From assembly GCA_025210475.1 (NCBI GenBank), contig JAOARW010000039.1, positions 22,355 through 54,354 on the forward strand: a DNA stretch of 32,000 nucleotides, written 5' to 3'. Within the stretch, counting starts at the first letter, position 1. The number at the start of each line of letters is the position of its first letter. Below are positions 17,683-25,607 of this stretch, in pieces. Both the position numbers and the translations under genes were made by a program. The notes beneath the pieces are model-generated. The model was given only the letters and a program-made list of their open reading frames with translations, was not told where the DNA came from and searched no databases. Source of the DNA: Carboxylicivirga sp. (GTDB lineage: Bacteria > Bacteroidota > Bacteroidia > Bacteroidales > Marinilabiliaceae).

Positions 17683-19425
17683 ATGCACCTAGTATACGTT
17701 TATGTAGAAAACTTTGAAAATAGAGTTAAGAATAAAGAGTATAATCTTAGTTCGAAATACACCATTCATTTTAATAAGGAAACTAAGTATTTAGAAGTGA
17801 AGGAAAATGAGGAGTATATCGATAACTTCTGGCCTGACAATATCTATGATATAAAAGCGATTGTAGGGGAGAATGGGTGTGGTAAATCTACTCTTTTAGA
17901 TATATTATTTTCAAATTCATTTGAACACAGGTCATTCCCTAACTGGGATATACCTATTTTTATTTTCGAAGGCGAGGGAGGTATAGTTGTTCATAAGAGA
18001 AAAGGTTATGATGTTAATATAGACCCTTATATTACAGAATCTCCAATTGACTTTTCTACTAATCATTTTAGGTATAATGAAAATATAAACTCAACAACAA
18101 ATGTTGTTTATTATTCAAACTTATGGGACCAAGAAAACTTCAATAGTGATAAAGAGCATATATTTAATATCTCAACTTCTCAATTAGTAAGTCTTAACCA
18201 GTCAATTACATATAAAGCATTTGAGTTTCAAAGGCAAATTGAGTATGTAACTAATAACAGAACTAATACAACATCTTATATTAAAAATATTCCAGAATAT
18301 ATAAGTGTAAAAATCACAACAGACCTATATGAGATTCTTAAATACAGTACTGATGACGTTACTTTTGATGACATTTTAGGAACATTTATTGATACATTGG
18401 ATGACTTTAAAGAAGACAATGTTACTTCTATATTGAGAAAAAGTTTCTTTTCCGTTCTAGCAAAAGCATACTCTTTGGATATAATGCCATATAAGAATGA
18501 GGAAATGACTCCTATATGGGAATATTTAACAAGTAATTTATCGGAAGAAGTTTCGCTTGTCGATATTATTAGTGAAATTAAAGAAATAGAGAAAAAAATT
18601 AGTTATAAGGATAAAGATAATAGTGTTTCCAATGCAATTGAAAGATTTAGTTCTTTTGAAGTTAAGATGAAAGATGCTGTAGTTGAAATCCTCAATTCAT
18701 CTATGAGCGTTAAGTTCAATGAAGATTTTAATGATATATATGAAGAATACTTAAAATCTATCCCAACTTACCCGTATTTAGAGTTTAGTTGGCGAGAAAT
18801 GAGTAGCGGAGAAAAAGGATTATTAGCTTTATTATCAAGATTCCAATATTTAAAGAAGCTCCCAGCATTTAAGAAAGCAAATCCGAACATAGAAGGACAA
18901 TTGTCAAAAGACCTGATTATAATAATGGATGAAGTTGAGTTGTATTATCACCCAAACTGGCAACGTAAGTTGATTAAAATATTAGTTAATGAAATTGCAC
19001 CTATGTTTAACGGAGCAAAGATTCAATTTATTGTTGCCTCACATTCACCCTTTTTAATATCTGACCTACCAAGAAATAATGTTATTTTTTTAACAAATCA
19101 AGAGGATGGTTTAGCTACGGTGGTAGACCCAACTGGACTAGACCATACTTTTGGAGCAAACATTCATGAATTATTGGCTAATCCATTTTTTATGAAGAGT
19201 ACCTTAGGTGATTTTTCAAAAGAAGTCATTAGTGACCTCATTAAATACACTAAAGGGGAGAAGCAAGAAAGAATTAAAGAAGATGCAATTGCACAAAAGC
19301 TAATTGATGTAATTGGAGAGCCAGTTATTAAAAATAAAATTCAGGATATGCTCAATAAAAGAAGACATAAGACTGAGTTAATTAAGTTTTATAAGGAGCA
19401 AATTATCAAACTAGAAAAGGATTAG
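17683..19425 (+). CDS. ABC/SMC-like AAA ATPase (AAA_15/21-type), PtuA-like (Septu-like system component)
   Basis: Walker A GENGCGKST; signature-like MSSGEKGLLALL; Walker B DLIIIMDEVELYYHP; H-loop VASHSP. The next gene starts 1 nt after its stop. Confidence 0.7.
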   Translation: MHLVYVYVENFENRVKNKEYNLSSKYTIHFNKETKYLEVKENEEYIDNFWPDNIYDIKAIVGENGCGKSTLLDILFSNSFEHRSFPNWDIPIFIFEGEGGIVVHKRKGYDVNIDPYITESPIDFSTNHFRYNENINSTTNVVYYSNLWDQENFNSDKEHIFNISTSQLVSLNQSITYKAFEFQRQIEYVTNNRTNTTSYIKNIPEYISVKITTDLYEILKYSTDDVTFDDILGTFIDTLDDFKEDNVTSILRKSFFSVLAKAYSLDIMPYKNEEMTPIWEYLTSNLSEEVSLVDIISEIKEIEKKISYKDKDNSVSNAIERFSSFEVKMKDAVVEILNSSMSVKFNEDFNDIYEEYLKSIPTYPYLEFSWREMSSGEKGLLALLSRFQYLKKLPAFKKANPNIEGQLSKDLIIIMDEVELYYHPNWQRKLIKILVNEIAPMFNGAKIQFIVASHSPFLISDLPRNNVIFLTNQEDGLATVVDPTGLDHTFGANIHELLANPFFMKSTLGDFSKEVISDLIKYTKGEKQERIKEDAIAQKLIDVIGEPVIKNKIQDMLNKRRHKTELIKFYKEQIIKLEKD

Positions 19426-19426
19426 C

Positions 19427-20425
19427 ATGATTAAAGTTGAAATACCTGAAAATATCATACAACTACATAAAGATAGTTTGCTTCCAAAGGTTCTGAGACG
19501 ACTAAGGCGGAAAATAGAAGAGTGTGACAATGAGGAAACTAAAGCATTTTATGAGCATGTGTTAGATGAGGAGAATGACAATCAAATACTTGAAGATATT
19601 TTAATTGGAAAGCCTCATGAAATTAGGGAGTTAATAAGTTATATTAAAAATAATTTTCAAAGTATTTTTGAACCATTCATGGAGAAAGATTTCAAAAAAG
19701 ACCTGGAATCAATTTTTAATTACAAATCCTTCAGGAATGAAAAAAATGGCTGGGGAGCTTATAAGTTAACCAAGCTATTAGACATAAATACGTGCCCTTA
19801 TTGCAATAGGCAATACACTCATACCTATTATAGTGATACAAAAAAAACAAGGCCTGAATTAGACCATTATTATCCTCAATATAAATATCCTTTTATAGGA
19901 TTGTCATTGTACAATTTAATTCCTTCTTGTCATATATGTAATTCAAACTTAAAGCATAAAGATGATTTTTACAATGATTCACATGTGCATCCATATGAGG
20001 AAGGTTTTGAAGAAGATGCTGTTTTCCGAACTGATTTTGTTAAAGATGAAGATGGACTTTACGATATTGATTTAGTAGATAAAAATAGAACCATCGATGA
20101 CTTTAAATTGCACTTATTGATTGATGAGGAATCAGTGCTAAGAGATAAAATTATCAATAGTAACAATACCTTTTTAATAGAGGAACTTTATCAAAAACAT
20201 AAGGATTATGTTCTTGAGATAATTAGGAAATCTGTTATTTATAATGATACGAAGATAGATGAGTTATTATCCGATTTTGGAAATCTGTTTGATAGTAAAT
20301 CTCAATTGATAGAAACCTTAATAGGCAATTATATCCACAATAAAGATTTAAAAAAGAGGGTGCTATCCAAATTGACAAAGGATATTTGGGATGAGTACGG
20401 TATGAAAGAAATATGGAAGCAATAA
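19427..20425 (+). CDS. HNH endonuclease-domain protein, PtuB-like (Septu-like system component) with a C-terminal extension
   Basis: CPYCNRQ...ELDHYYPQ...YNLIPSCHICNSNLKH, i.e. two Cys pairs plus an H-N-H arrangement. Immediately follows the ATPase. Confidence 0.65.
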   Translation: MIKVEIPENIIQLHKDSLLPKVLRRLRRKIEECDNEETKAFYEHVLDEENDNQILEDILIGKPHEIRELISYIKNNFQSIFEPFMEKDFKKDLESIFNYKSFRNEKNGWGAYKLTKLLDINTCPYCNRQYTHTYYSDTKKTRPELDHYYPQYKYPFIGLSLYNLIPSCHICNSNLKHKDDFYNDSHVHPYEEGFEEDAVFRTDFVKDEDGLYDIDLVDKNRTIDDFKLHLLIDEESVLRDKIINSNNTFLIEELYQKHKDYVLEIIRKSVIYNDTKIDELLSDFGNLFDSKSQLIETLIGNYIHNKDLKKRVLSKLTKDIWDEYGMKEIWKQ

Positions 20426-20964
20426 GCTGTTTTAATAAAATCAATTTTTGGGAATATGCATATTCTAACCTGATTGATAACAGGAATAGGGCAGCATTGG
20501 CTGAGTATATTGTGGCGGAAGCGATGCAAGCAACTAATACACCTGAAACAAGCTGGGAATCATACGATATATTAAGTCCTGAGGGAATTAAGATAGAGGT
20601 AAAGTGTTCCGGGTTTGTTCAGAGTTGGAAACAGAATAAGTTATCCTCTCCATCCTTTGATATTAAAAAGAAATACGGATGGAAGGGTGATACTAATGAA
20701 TGGGACGGAATATTGGATAGGCAAGCAGATGTTTATGTTTTTTGCCTACATACCGAAACAGACAAAGATAATTTGAAGCCTCTTGCGTCTGACAGTTGGA
20801 GATTTTATGTTGTCGCTACCTCTGTCATAAATGAAAAACTACCCGAACACAAGTCAGTTGGAATTTCAACAATTGAAAGTACTCTTAAAGTAAATCGAAT
20901 TAAATACGAAGACTTAAAGCAAGAGATTTTAAACGCATACAATCAGAAAGACAAGGTATCGTAG
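20413..20964 (+). CDS. Hypothetical protein with a candidate PD-(D/E)xK nuclease motif, overlapping the HNH gene
   Basis: YDILSPEGIKIEVKCS fits D-x(n)-E-x-K. The start overlaps the previous gene by 13 nt. The 3' end overlaps the convergent recombinase gene by 22 nt. Confidence 0.4.
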   Translation: MEAISCFNKINFWEYAYSNLIDNRNRAALAEYIVAEAMQATNTPETSWESYDILSPEGIKIEVKCSGFVQSWKQNKLSSPSFDIKKKYGWKGDTNEWDGILDRQADVYVFCLHTETDKDNLKPLASDSWRFYVVATSVINEKLPEHKSVGISTIESTLKVNRIKYEDLKQEILNAYNQKDKVS

Positions 20965-21584
20965 GTTTCCAAAAGCTCATCTTTTGCAATTCCGAGATAG
21001 GTTCTGGTTATCTGAGTTGAAGAATGATTAAACAATTGGCTTAGCTTAACAAGAGCTAATTCAGCCTTAGTGCCAGATTGGTCAAATATAGCTCTCCCAA
21101 AAATTTTACGCATTGAATGTGTCGAAAAATTCTTAATATCAATGTTATAGAGCTCACGAATTTCTTTAAAGATAATGTTAATCCGCTGAATTGAATAGAC
21201 GGTATTCTTTTGGGATGTAAAAATAAAATCATCTGTAGTTCTGGGTTCGATGCCTTTGTGACAGTCTAGAATATGACGCTGTAATTGTAGGTTAATTTTT
21301 ATTTCACGAGTTTTTCCAGTCTTCTTTTCAATAAGAATAAGCTTGTCTTTATTTAATATATCATCCCATTTAAGGCTTAGTAGGTCAGAAATTCGCAGTC
21401 CCCAAAATGTGCCTAGGGATATTAGTAGCGAAATTTTATAATTACCATCATCATATAATCGCCTAATCAGATTGAGGTTTTTATCCCATGGTAGATAGTC
21501 GGCTGTGGTATTCGAATATTTAAGACTCATAATATTCACTTTTAATAGTTTATAAATAAAACTGAAACACTCTTTCAAACTCAT
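20943..21584 (-). CDS. Short tyrosine-type site-specific recombinase (catalytic domain only; alternative start at 21530)
   Basis: Catalytic pattern R (WGLRISDLLSL), HxxR (THSMRKIF), H (NHSS) and Y (TRTYLG). No N-terminal core-binding (SAM-like) domain fits in 195-213 aa. Confidence 0.8.
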   Translation of the reverse strand: MSLKECFSFIYKLLKVNIMSLKYSNTTADYLPWDKNLNLIRRLYDDGNYKISLLISLGTFWGLRISDLLSLKWDDILNKDKLILIEKKTGKTREIKINLQLQRHILDCHKGIEPRTTDDFIFTSQKNTVYSIQRINIIFKEIRELYNIDIKNFSTHSMRKIFGRAIFDQSGTKAELALVKLSQLFNHSSTQITRTYLGIAKDELLETYDTLSF

Positions 21585-21621
21585 TTATGCAAAACGCCTA
21601 AATACCTGCATCTTACAGAGT

Positions 21622-21657
21622 AACATTCACTTTTATACAATAGTGAATGTTTTTTTT
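21622..21657 (+). terminator. AT-rich hairpin followed by T8; terminator-like in the plus orientation
   Basis: AACATTCACT (21622-21631) pairs with AGTGAATGTT (21642-21651) across a 10-nt loop. The T-run 21650-21657 overlaps the last two stem bases. The stem has only 3 G:C pairs, so its strength is doubtful. Confidence 0.3.
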
Positions 21658-21687
21658 AAGAACTCGCTTCATTTTCTTGATAATTAC

Positions 21688-21749
21688 ATTTACCCGTTAC
21701 ATTGGGTAAATATACTAAAAATGGAAATATTACCCAAAAATATGGGTAA
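21688..21749. promoter_or_regulatory. Two related palindromes (TTACCC-N-GGGTAA core), candidate tandem operators for the downstream HTH protein
   Basis: IR1 is ATTTACCC-n8-GGGTAAAT (21688-21711). IR2 is TTACCCA-n6-TGGGTAA (21730-21749). Their centres are about 40 bp apart, directly upstream of a -7 box. Confidence 0.5.
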
Positions 21750-21754
21750 ATGGT

Positions 21755-21762
21755 TATATTTG
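21755..21762 (+). promoter_or_regulatory. Bacteroidota-type -7 promoter box (TAnnTTTG)
   Basis: TATATTTG lies 18 nt upstream of the ATG at 21780. Confidence 0.45.
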
Positions 21763-21779
21763 TGAAAAACGCATCTCAA

Positions 21780-22022
21780 ATGAGTGAAAAAAATATATCA
21801 AAAGAAAAGTTTGAAAAAATTGGTAGCCACCTCCGGATTTTGCGAAAACAATTCTATAAATGTGGATACATCGAGTTCGCACAAAAAGTAGGAATCGACA
21901 AAAAGACATATTATAATATGGAGAAACCTAAAAACGATTATTCTATTGGCAACCTAATTAAGGTCCTAGAGATGTATGACGATATGAATCTAAGTACATT
22001 TTTTAGAGAGGCTGAATTGTAG
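21780..22022 (+). CDS. XRE-family HTH transcriptional regulator (start reassigned to MSEKN)
   Basis: IGSHLRILRKQFYKCGYIEFAQKVGIDKKTYYNMEKPKN has an HTH_3-like pattern. The track start at 21750 lies inside the palindrome/-7 box region, so the ATG at 21780 is preferred. Confidence 0.7.
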   Translation: MSEKNISKEKFEKIGSHLRILRKQFYKCGYIEFAQKVGIDKKTYYNMEKPKNDYSIGNLIKVLEMYDDMNLSTFFREAEL

Positions 22023-22056
22023 ATTTATTGTTAACCATTAACCTTAATAGAAAATT

Positions 22057-22926
22057 ATGAATGGAGTAATCGCTCAAGTATTATCAATGCTTTCATTTGG
22101 TTTTAGTAATGCATTATGGAGAAGGCCAGTTGGAAAAATGGTAGTTGAAGAAGCTATAATCTATCGTACCATTTTTAGCCTGTCATTTTTTGTTATTCTA
22201 CTATTTACTATTGATGAGAAGTCAACGATAACGATTGAAAGTACATGGGGATTAAACATCTGGTTATTTGCATTCATTATCAGTTGTATTAGTTACTTTG
22301 GACTATTCTTTTATAATAAAGCATTACAATACAGCACAACGGGATTGGTTGTTATTGTAGTAACTACCTCTTTTTTATTCGGGCAATTCACCTCTTTTGT
22401 ACTATTAGGTGAAGTTCCAACAAAAGGATATATCTTACCATTTTTACTTTTTATTATTGCGATTGTTTTATCCGATTATCCATCCATATACAAGTTGAAG
22501 CTATCTAAAGGAGTAGGGTATGGGTTGTTGGCATCAATGTTTTGGGGTATAACATTACCACTATTAAGTATCCCTTCTAAGCAAATAGGGTATATTAAAA
22601 CTGGGTTAGTACTTGAGATTTCGGTAATGTTAATGAGCTTTTTGAGCTTGCATATATATCACAAAAAAAGAATGAGTTATAGAGTTTTTAAAACAGATAT
22701 TCGTTTTTTCATTCTTCTTGGTTTATTAGCAGGTTGTGGCGTGTTGTTTAATAATTTATCCTATACTAAGATTTCTGTTTATATAGCTAGTAGTATTTCT
22801 TCAAGTACACATCTAATATCCATAATTGCAGCTTGGATAATGTTTAAGGAGAAACTTAAACCTTATCAGTATCTAGCAGCTATTGTTTCGGTGCTAGCAA
22901 TTTTTGTTTTATTGCAGGTCACCTAA
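22057..22926 (+). CDS. EamA/DMT-superfamily transporter
   Basis: 289 aa and almost entirely hydrophobic, with about 10 predicted TM segments in two halves. This is typical of a duplicated EamA architecture. Confidence 0.75.
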   Translation: MNGVIAQVLSMLSFGFSNALWRRPVGKMVVEEAIIYRTIFSLSFFVILLFTIDEKSTITIESTWGLNIWLFAFIISCISYFGLFFYNKALQYSTTGLVVIVVTTSFLFGQFTSFVLLGEVPTKGYILPFLLFIIAIVLSDYPSIYKLKLSKGVGYGLLASMFWGITLPLLSIPSKQIGYIKTGLVLEISVMLMSFLSLHIYHKKRMSYRVFKTDIRFFILLGLLAGCGVLFNNLSYTKISVYIASSISSSTHLISIIAAWIMFKEKLKPYQYLAAIVSVLAIFVLLQVT

Positions 22927-25392
22927 AATGAATCCGCAATTCTCAAACATCAGTTTACCTTGTTGCTCTAGTTTTTCATTGCCAAATGGATTCTTAAAAT
23001 AAATATACGCTGTCAATAAATCATATTTGCAATATTTGCTTAACCTGATGGCCATATTGAAATAATCTTTAGCTTGTTGTTCATCTCCTCGTTGAAGAAA
23101 TAATTCTGATGCATATAAGTTAATAAGGACAATATACTGGTAGGAACTGTAATGGCTGGCATTACTTACAGCAAAAGAGGATAATTTGCTTAAATCTTCA
23201 GGATTCAATTTATGCCCTGTTTTGAATTTTGCATAAACCAATAATGAGTTAATTACATCATAATGAAAACTTTCTGCATAGTAGAAAAAATCATCAGGGT
23301 GGTTTAAATTTTCAACTATATCGATTACTGTATTTCCATAATCAATCGCCAGCTTATAATTGCAGGTTAACATTAAAGCATAAACTATAGAAACATCAAA
23401 TAGAAATTCTTTTTGATACCCAATGTGATAATTGGCATAAGCAATCTCTCTCACTCTTAATAATTCATCAAGTGTAATATTTCTTTTCACCTTTTCGCAA
23501 ATGCTTGAGTATAAAATAGAATAAGCAGTTTTTCTTCCTACAGGCCATGGAAAAGTATTTTCGTTAAAATCTAATTTCTCAAGATTAGAATAGTGTTTTA
23601 GGGCTTCCTTTTTATTTAGAGTTAGTAACGAATAATATAGGTGCAAAGATGTTGTGAATAATCTTGCTTCATTGTCGTATTTATATTTGCTGTAGGTTAT
23701 GAGTTGATTATTAAATCCGATTACTAAATTATTAACGTCTACAAAAAGTTCGAATAAAAACTTTTGTGCCTTTGGTATCGATACTAAAGTGTTAATAACG
23801 GTTTGTTGGAAACTACTATGCTTTCTGAGGCAATTACCAATTACAATTGAAAGGTTAATTGTGCTAAAAATATCATCACTCAAAGTGAAAAAGTGACAAA
23901 CATTTTCTAAGTTCTCACTTTCGTAGGCAATGTAAAATAGATGCTCAAATACATTTATTTTAAATTCAAGATTTTCATATTCTTCATCAAGATTGTCCAA
24001 TAATTCAGTATCCAAACCATTATTTATTTTTATAAAATAATAAGCACATAAATAATAGTAGAAATTCACGTGTTTAAAACCTATATGGTAGGTTGGTATA
24101 TGCCCATAAGTTTTTTCGATAAATTCATAAAGAACTCCGTCAGAAAGTAATTCGTTGTATGCTAAGTGGTAATTGCCATTTTGTTTTAAATGTATTGGGT
24201 AATGTTTTTTAATTAGGTTTTTTGGAATAGAAAAGTTGTTATTTTTAGTAATTAGCGCTTCTAAAAGAGCTTCGATAATGTCAATTTTCTCCTCTGCACA
24301 AAATGAATGATAAATATATTTATCAACTAGCTGTTTATATAAATTATGAACCGTTTCTTCGCTTCCCTTTTTATCCGCAAAATTATTACTCTTATAAATT
24401 GCACTATTTATAGGAGTTTGCAATAACGAAATAATCTCAGGATTAGTGATTTGACACCAAATTGCATCAAAAGTGCTAGAACTATCTAATTTTTGCAGTA
24501 CATCAATTACTTCCGCTTGAGAGAGTAAAGGAACATTTATTTGATTTTGCAAAGCTAGTTGACTCTCACTACTCTTAATGCTTAAATGTTCTTGGAATAA
24601 AGGCTGAATATACCTTTGATAGGTAATGTCGCGCACTGAAAAAATAACTTTCAGCCATTTGTATGCTTCATAATTTGCCATAAAATCGATGAACCATAAG
24701 ATGAAGCGTTTTAGTTTCTCAATATTTATGGAAAGCTCATCAATACCATCAACCATGATTATGAACTTACCCTCTGCTAGTTTATGCTCATTAAGTAATT
24801 GAATTGAGTTTGAACTATTCTTTGAAAAATCAATAAAGTTTGAATGCTGGCCATTGTTTTGAAAAGTGTTTTCAAAGACCAAAGCATTCGTAAATAAAAG
24901 TATATCGCTATTATCAACACTTGTGCTTTCGCTCCATTTGCCTAAAAGAGTCGATTTTCCATAACCACCAGGGGCTGTGATTACCGTGAATATTTGTTCT
25001 GAATCTAAAAACTCATTCAATTTTTCCTCTACTGTCAAGCGGTGTATTGATTTAGAATAGTCAGACAGTGATTTTTTCTTAATACTATTTAAACAGTACT
25101 TGGTATATGAGTTCGCCTCTTTTTGAATGTCTTTCCAAAGTGTCTCAATATTTATGACATGCTCTTTGTGAATATCAAACTGGCAATAAATACATAAGGT
25201 ATCCGAATTGTATGGTGAGAGCTTAGAAGAAGATGGGAGTAAACCGAAGAAGCGTCTTAAAGTAGCACTGCTAATACGCCTTTTCGTTTCATCTAATATT
25301 GCTTCCTCCAATATTCGACATTGTTTGGCGGTAGTTACTTTCTCTCCAAATTTTTCTTCAACTGCATAACGCAGCTCTTTTATATTGACCAT
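22909..25392 (-). CDS. NACHT/STAND-like P-loop NTPase with an N-terminal HTH-like segment and a C-terminal helical-repeat (TPR-like) region
   Basis: Walker A ITAPGGYGKSTLLGKW. Walker B of the NACHT style, FIIMVDGIDELS. About 450 aa of helical sequence follow. The N-terminus TTAKQCRILEEAILDETKRRISSATLRRFFG resembles a DNA-binding helix pair. Confidence 0.65.
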   Translation of the reverse strand: MVNIKELRYAVEEKFGEKVTTAKQCRILEEAILDETKRRISSATLRRFFGLLPSSSKLSPYNSDTLCIYCQFDIHKEHVINIETLWKDIQKEANSYTKYCLNSIKKKSLSDYSKSIHRLTVEEKLNEFLDSEQIFTVITAPGGYGKSTLLGKWSESTSVDNSDILLFTNALVFENTFQNNGQHSNFIDFSKNSSNSIQLLNEHKLAEGKFIIMVDGIDELSINIEKLKRFILWFIDFMANYEAYKWLKVIFSVRDITYQRYIQPLFQEHLSIKSSESQLALQNQINVPLLSQAEVIDVLQKLDSSSTFDAIWCQITNPEIISLLQTPINSAIYKSNNFADKKGSEETVHNLYKQLVDKYIYHSFCAEEKIDIIEALLEALITKNNNFSIPKNLIKKHYPIHLKQNGNYHLAYNELLSDGVLYEFIEKTYGHIPTYHIGFKHVNFYYYLCAYYFIKINNGLDTELLDNLDEEYENLEFKINVFEHLFYIAYESENLENVCHFFTLSDDIFSTINLSIVIGNCLRKHSSFQQTVINTLVSIPKAQKFLFELFVDVNNLVIGFNNQLITYSKYKYDNEARLFTTSLHLYYSLLTLNKKEALKHYSNLEKLDFNENTFPWPVGRKTAYSILYSSICEKVKRNITLDELLRVREIAYANYHIGYQKEFLFDVSIVYALMLTCNYKLAIDYGNTVIDIVENLNHPDDFFYYAESFHYDVINSLLVYAKFKTGHKLNPEDLSKLSSFAVSNASHYSSYQYIVLINLYASELFLQRGDEQQAKDYFNMAIRLSKYCKYDLLTAYIYFKNPFGNEKLEQQGKLMFENCGFILGDLQ

Positions 25393-25451
25393 TGCTTCTG
25401 AACGATTCTTCGTTGATTAAACATATACCAACGGAAATTAAGAACATGAAA

Positions 25452-25482
25452 ATTTTCGTTATCTCTGTCTTTTAACGAAAAT
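25452..25482. promoter_or_regulatory. 10-bp-arm inverted repeat in the divergent intergenic region
   Basis: ATTTTCGTTA (25452-25461) and TAACGAAAAT (25473-25482) with an 11-nt spacer. A third TAACGAAAT copy lies at 25539-25547. Confidence 0.35.
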
Positions 25483-25520
25483 AATCAAAGCCTCTAGAAT
25501 TATCACCCTTCGTGACAAAA

Positions 25521-25538
25521 TTGACAAGTTTGACAAGT
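25521..25538. repeat. Tandem direct repeat TTGACAAGT x2, preceded by a degenerate copy
   Basis: TTGACAAGT at 25521-25529 and again at 25530-25538. GTGACAAAA at 25512-25520 is a 6/9 match. The repeat lies between the STAND gene and the LRR gene. Confidence 0.4.
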
Positions 25539-25607
25539 AACGAAATGATAAGATAGGTTGTAAAACGGATATTATAAAAATAACCACTTAATGCTTTGAT
25601 TTTTGCT

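Noticed and set aside
17665-19425. Retron-associated Septu (msr/msd ncRNA plus reverse transcriptase upstream of the PtuA-like gene)
   Set aside because: Only 18 nt separate the DUF45 gene from the ATPase gene. There is no reverse-transcriptase ORF (no YxDD-type protein) in the neighbourhood.
7611-21584. Phase-variable hsdS shufflon, suspected because a tyrosine recombinase lies near a type I system
   Set aside because: There is only one hsdS gene. I saw no additional TRD cassettes, half-hsdS fragments or long inverted repeats, and the recombinase is 12 kb away.
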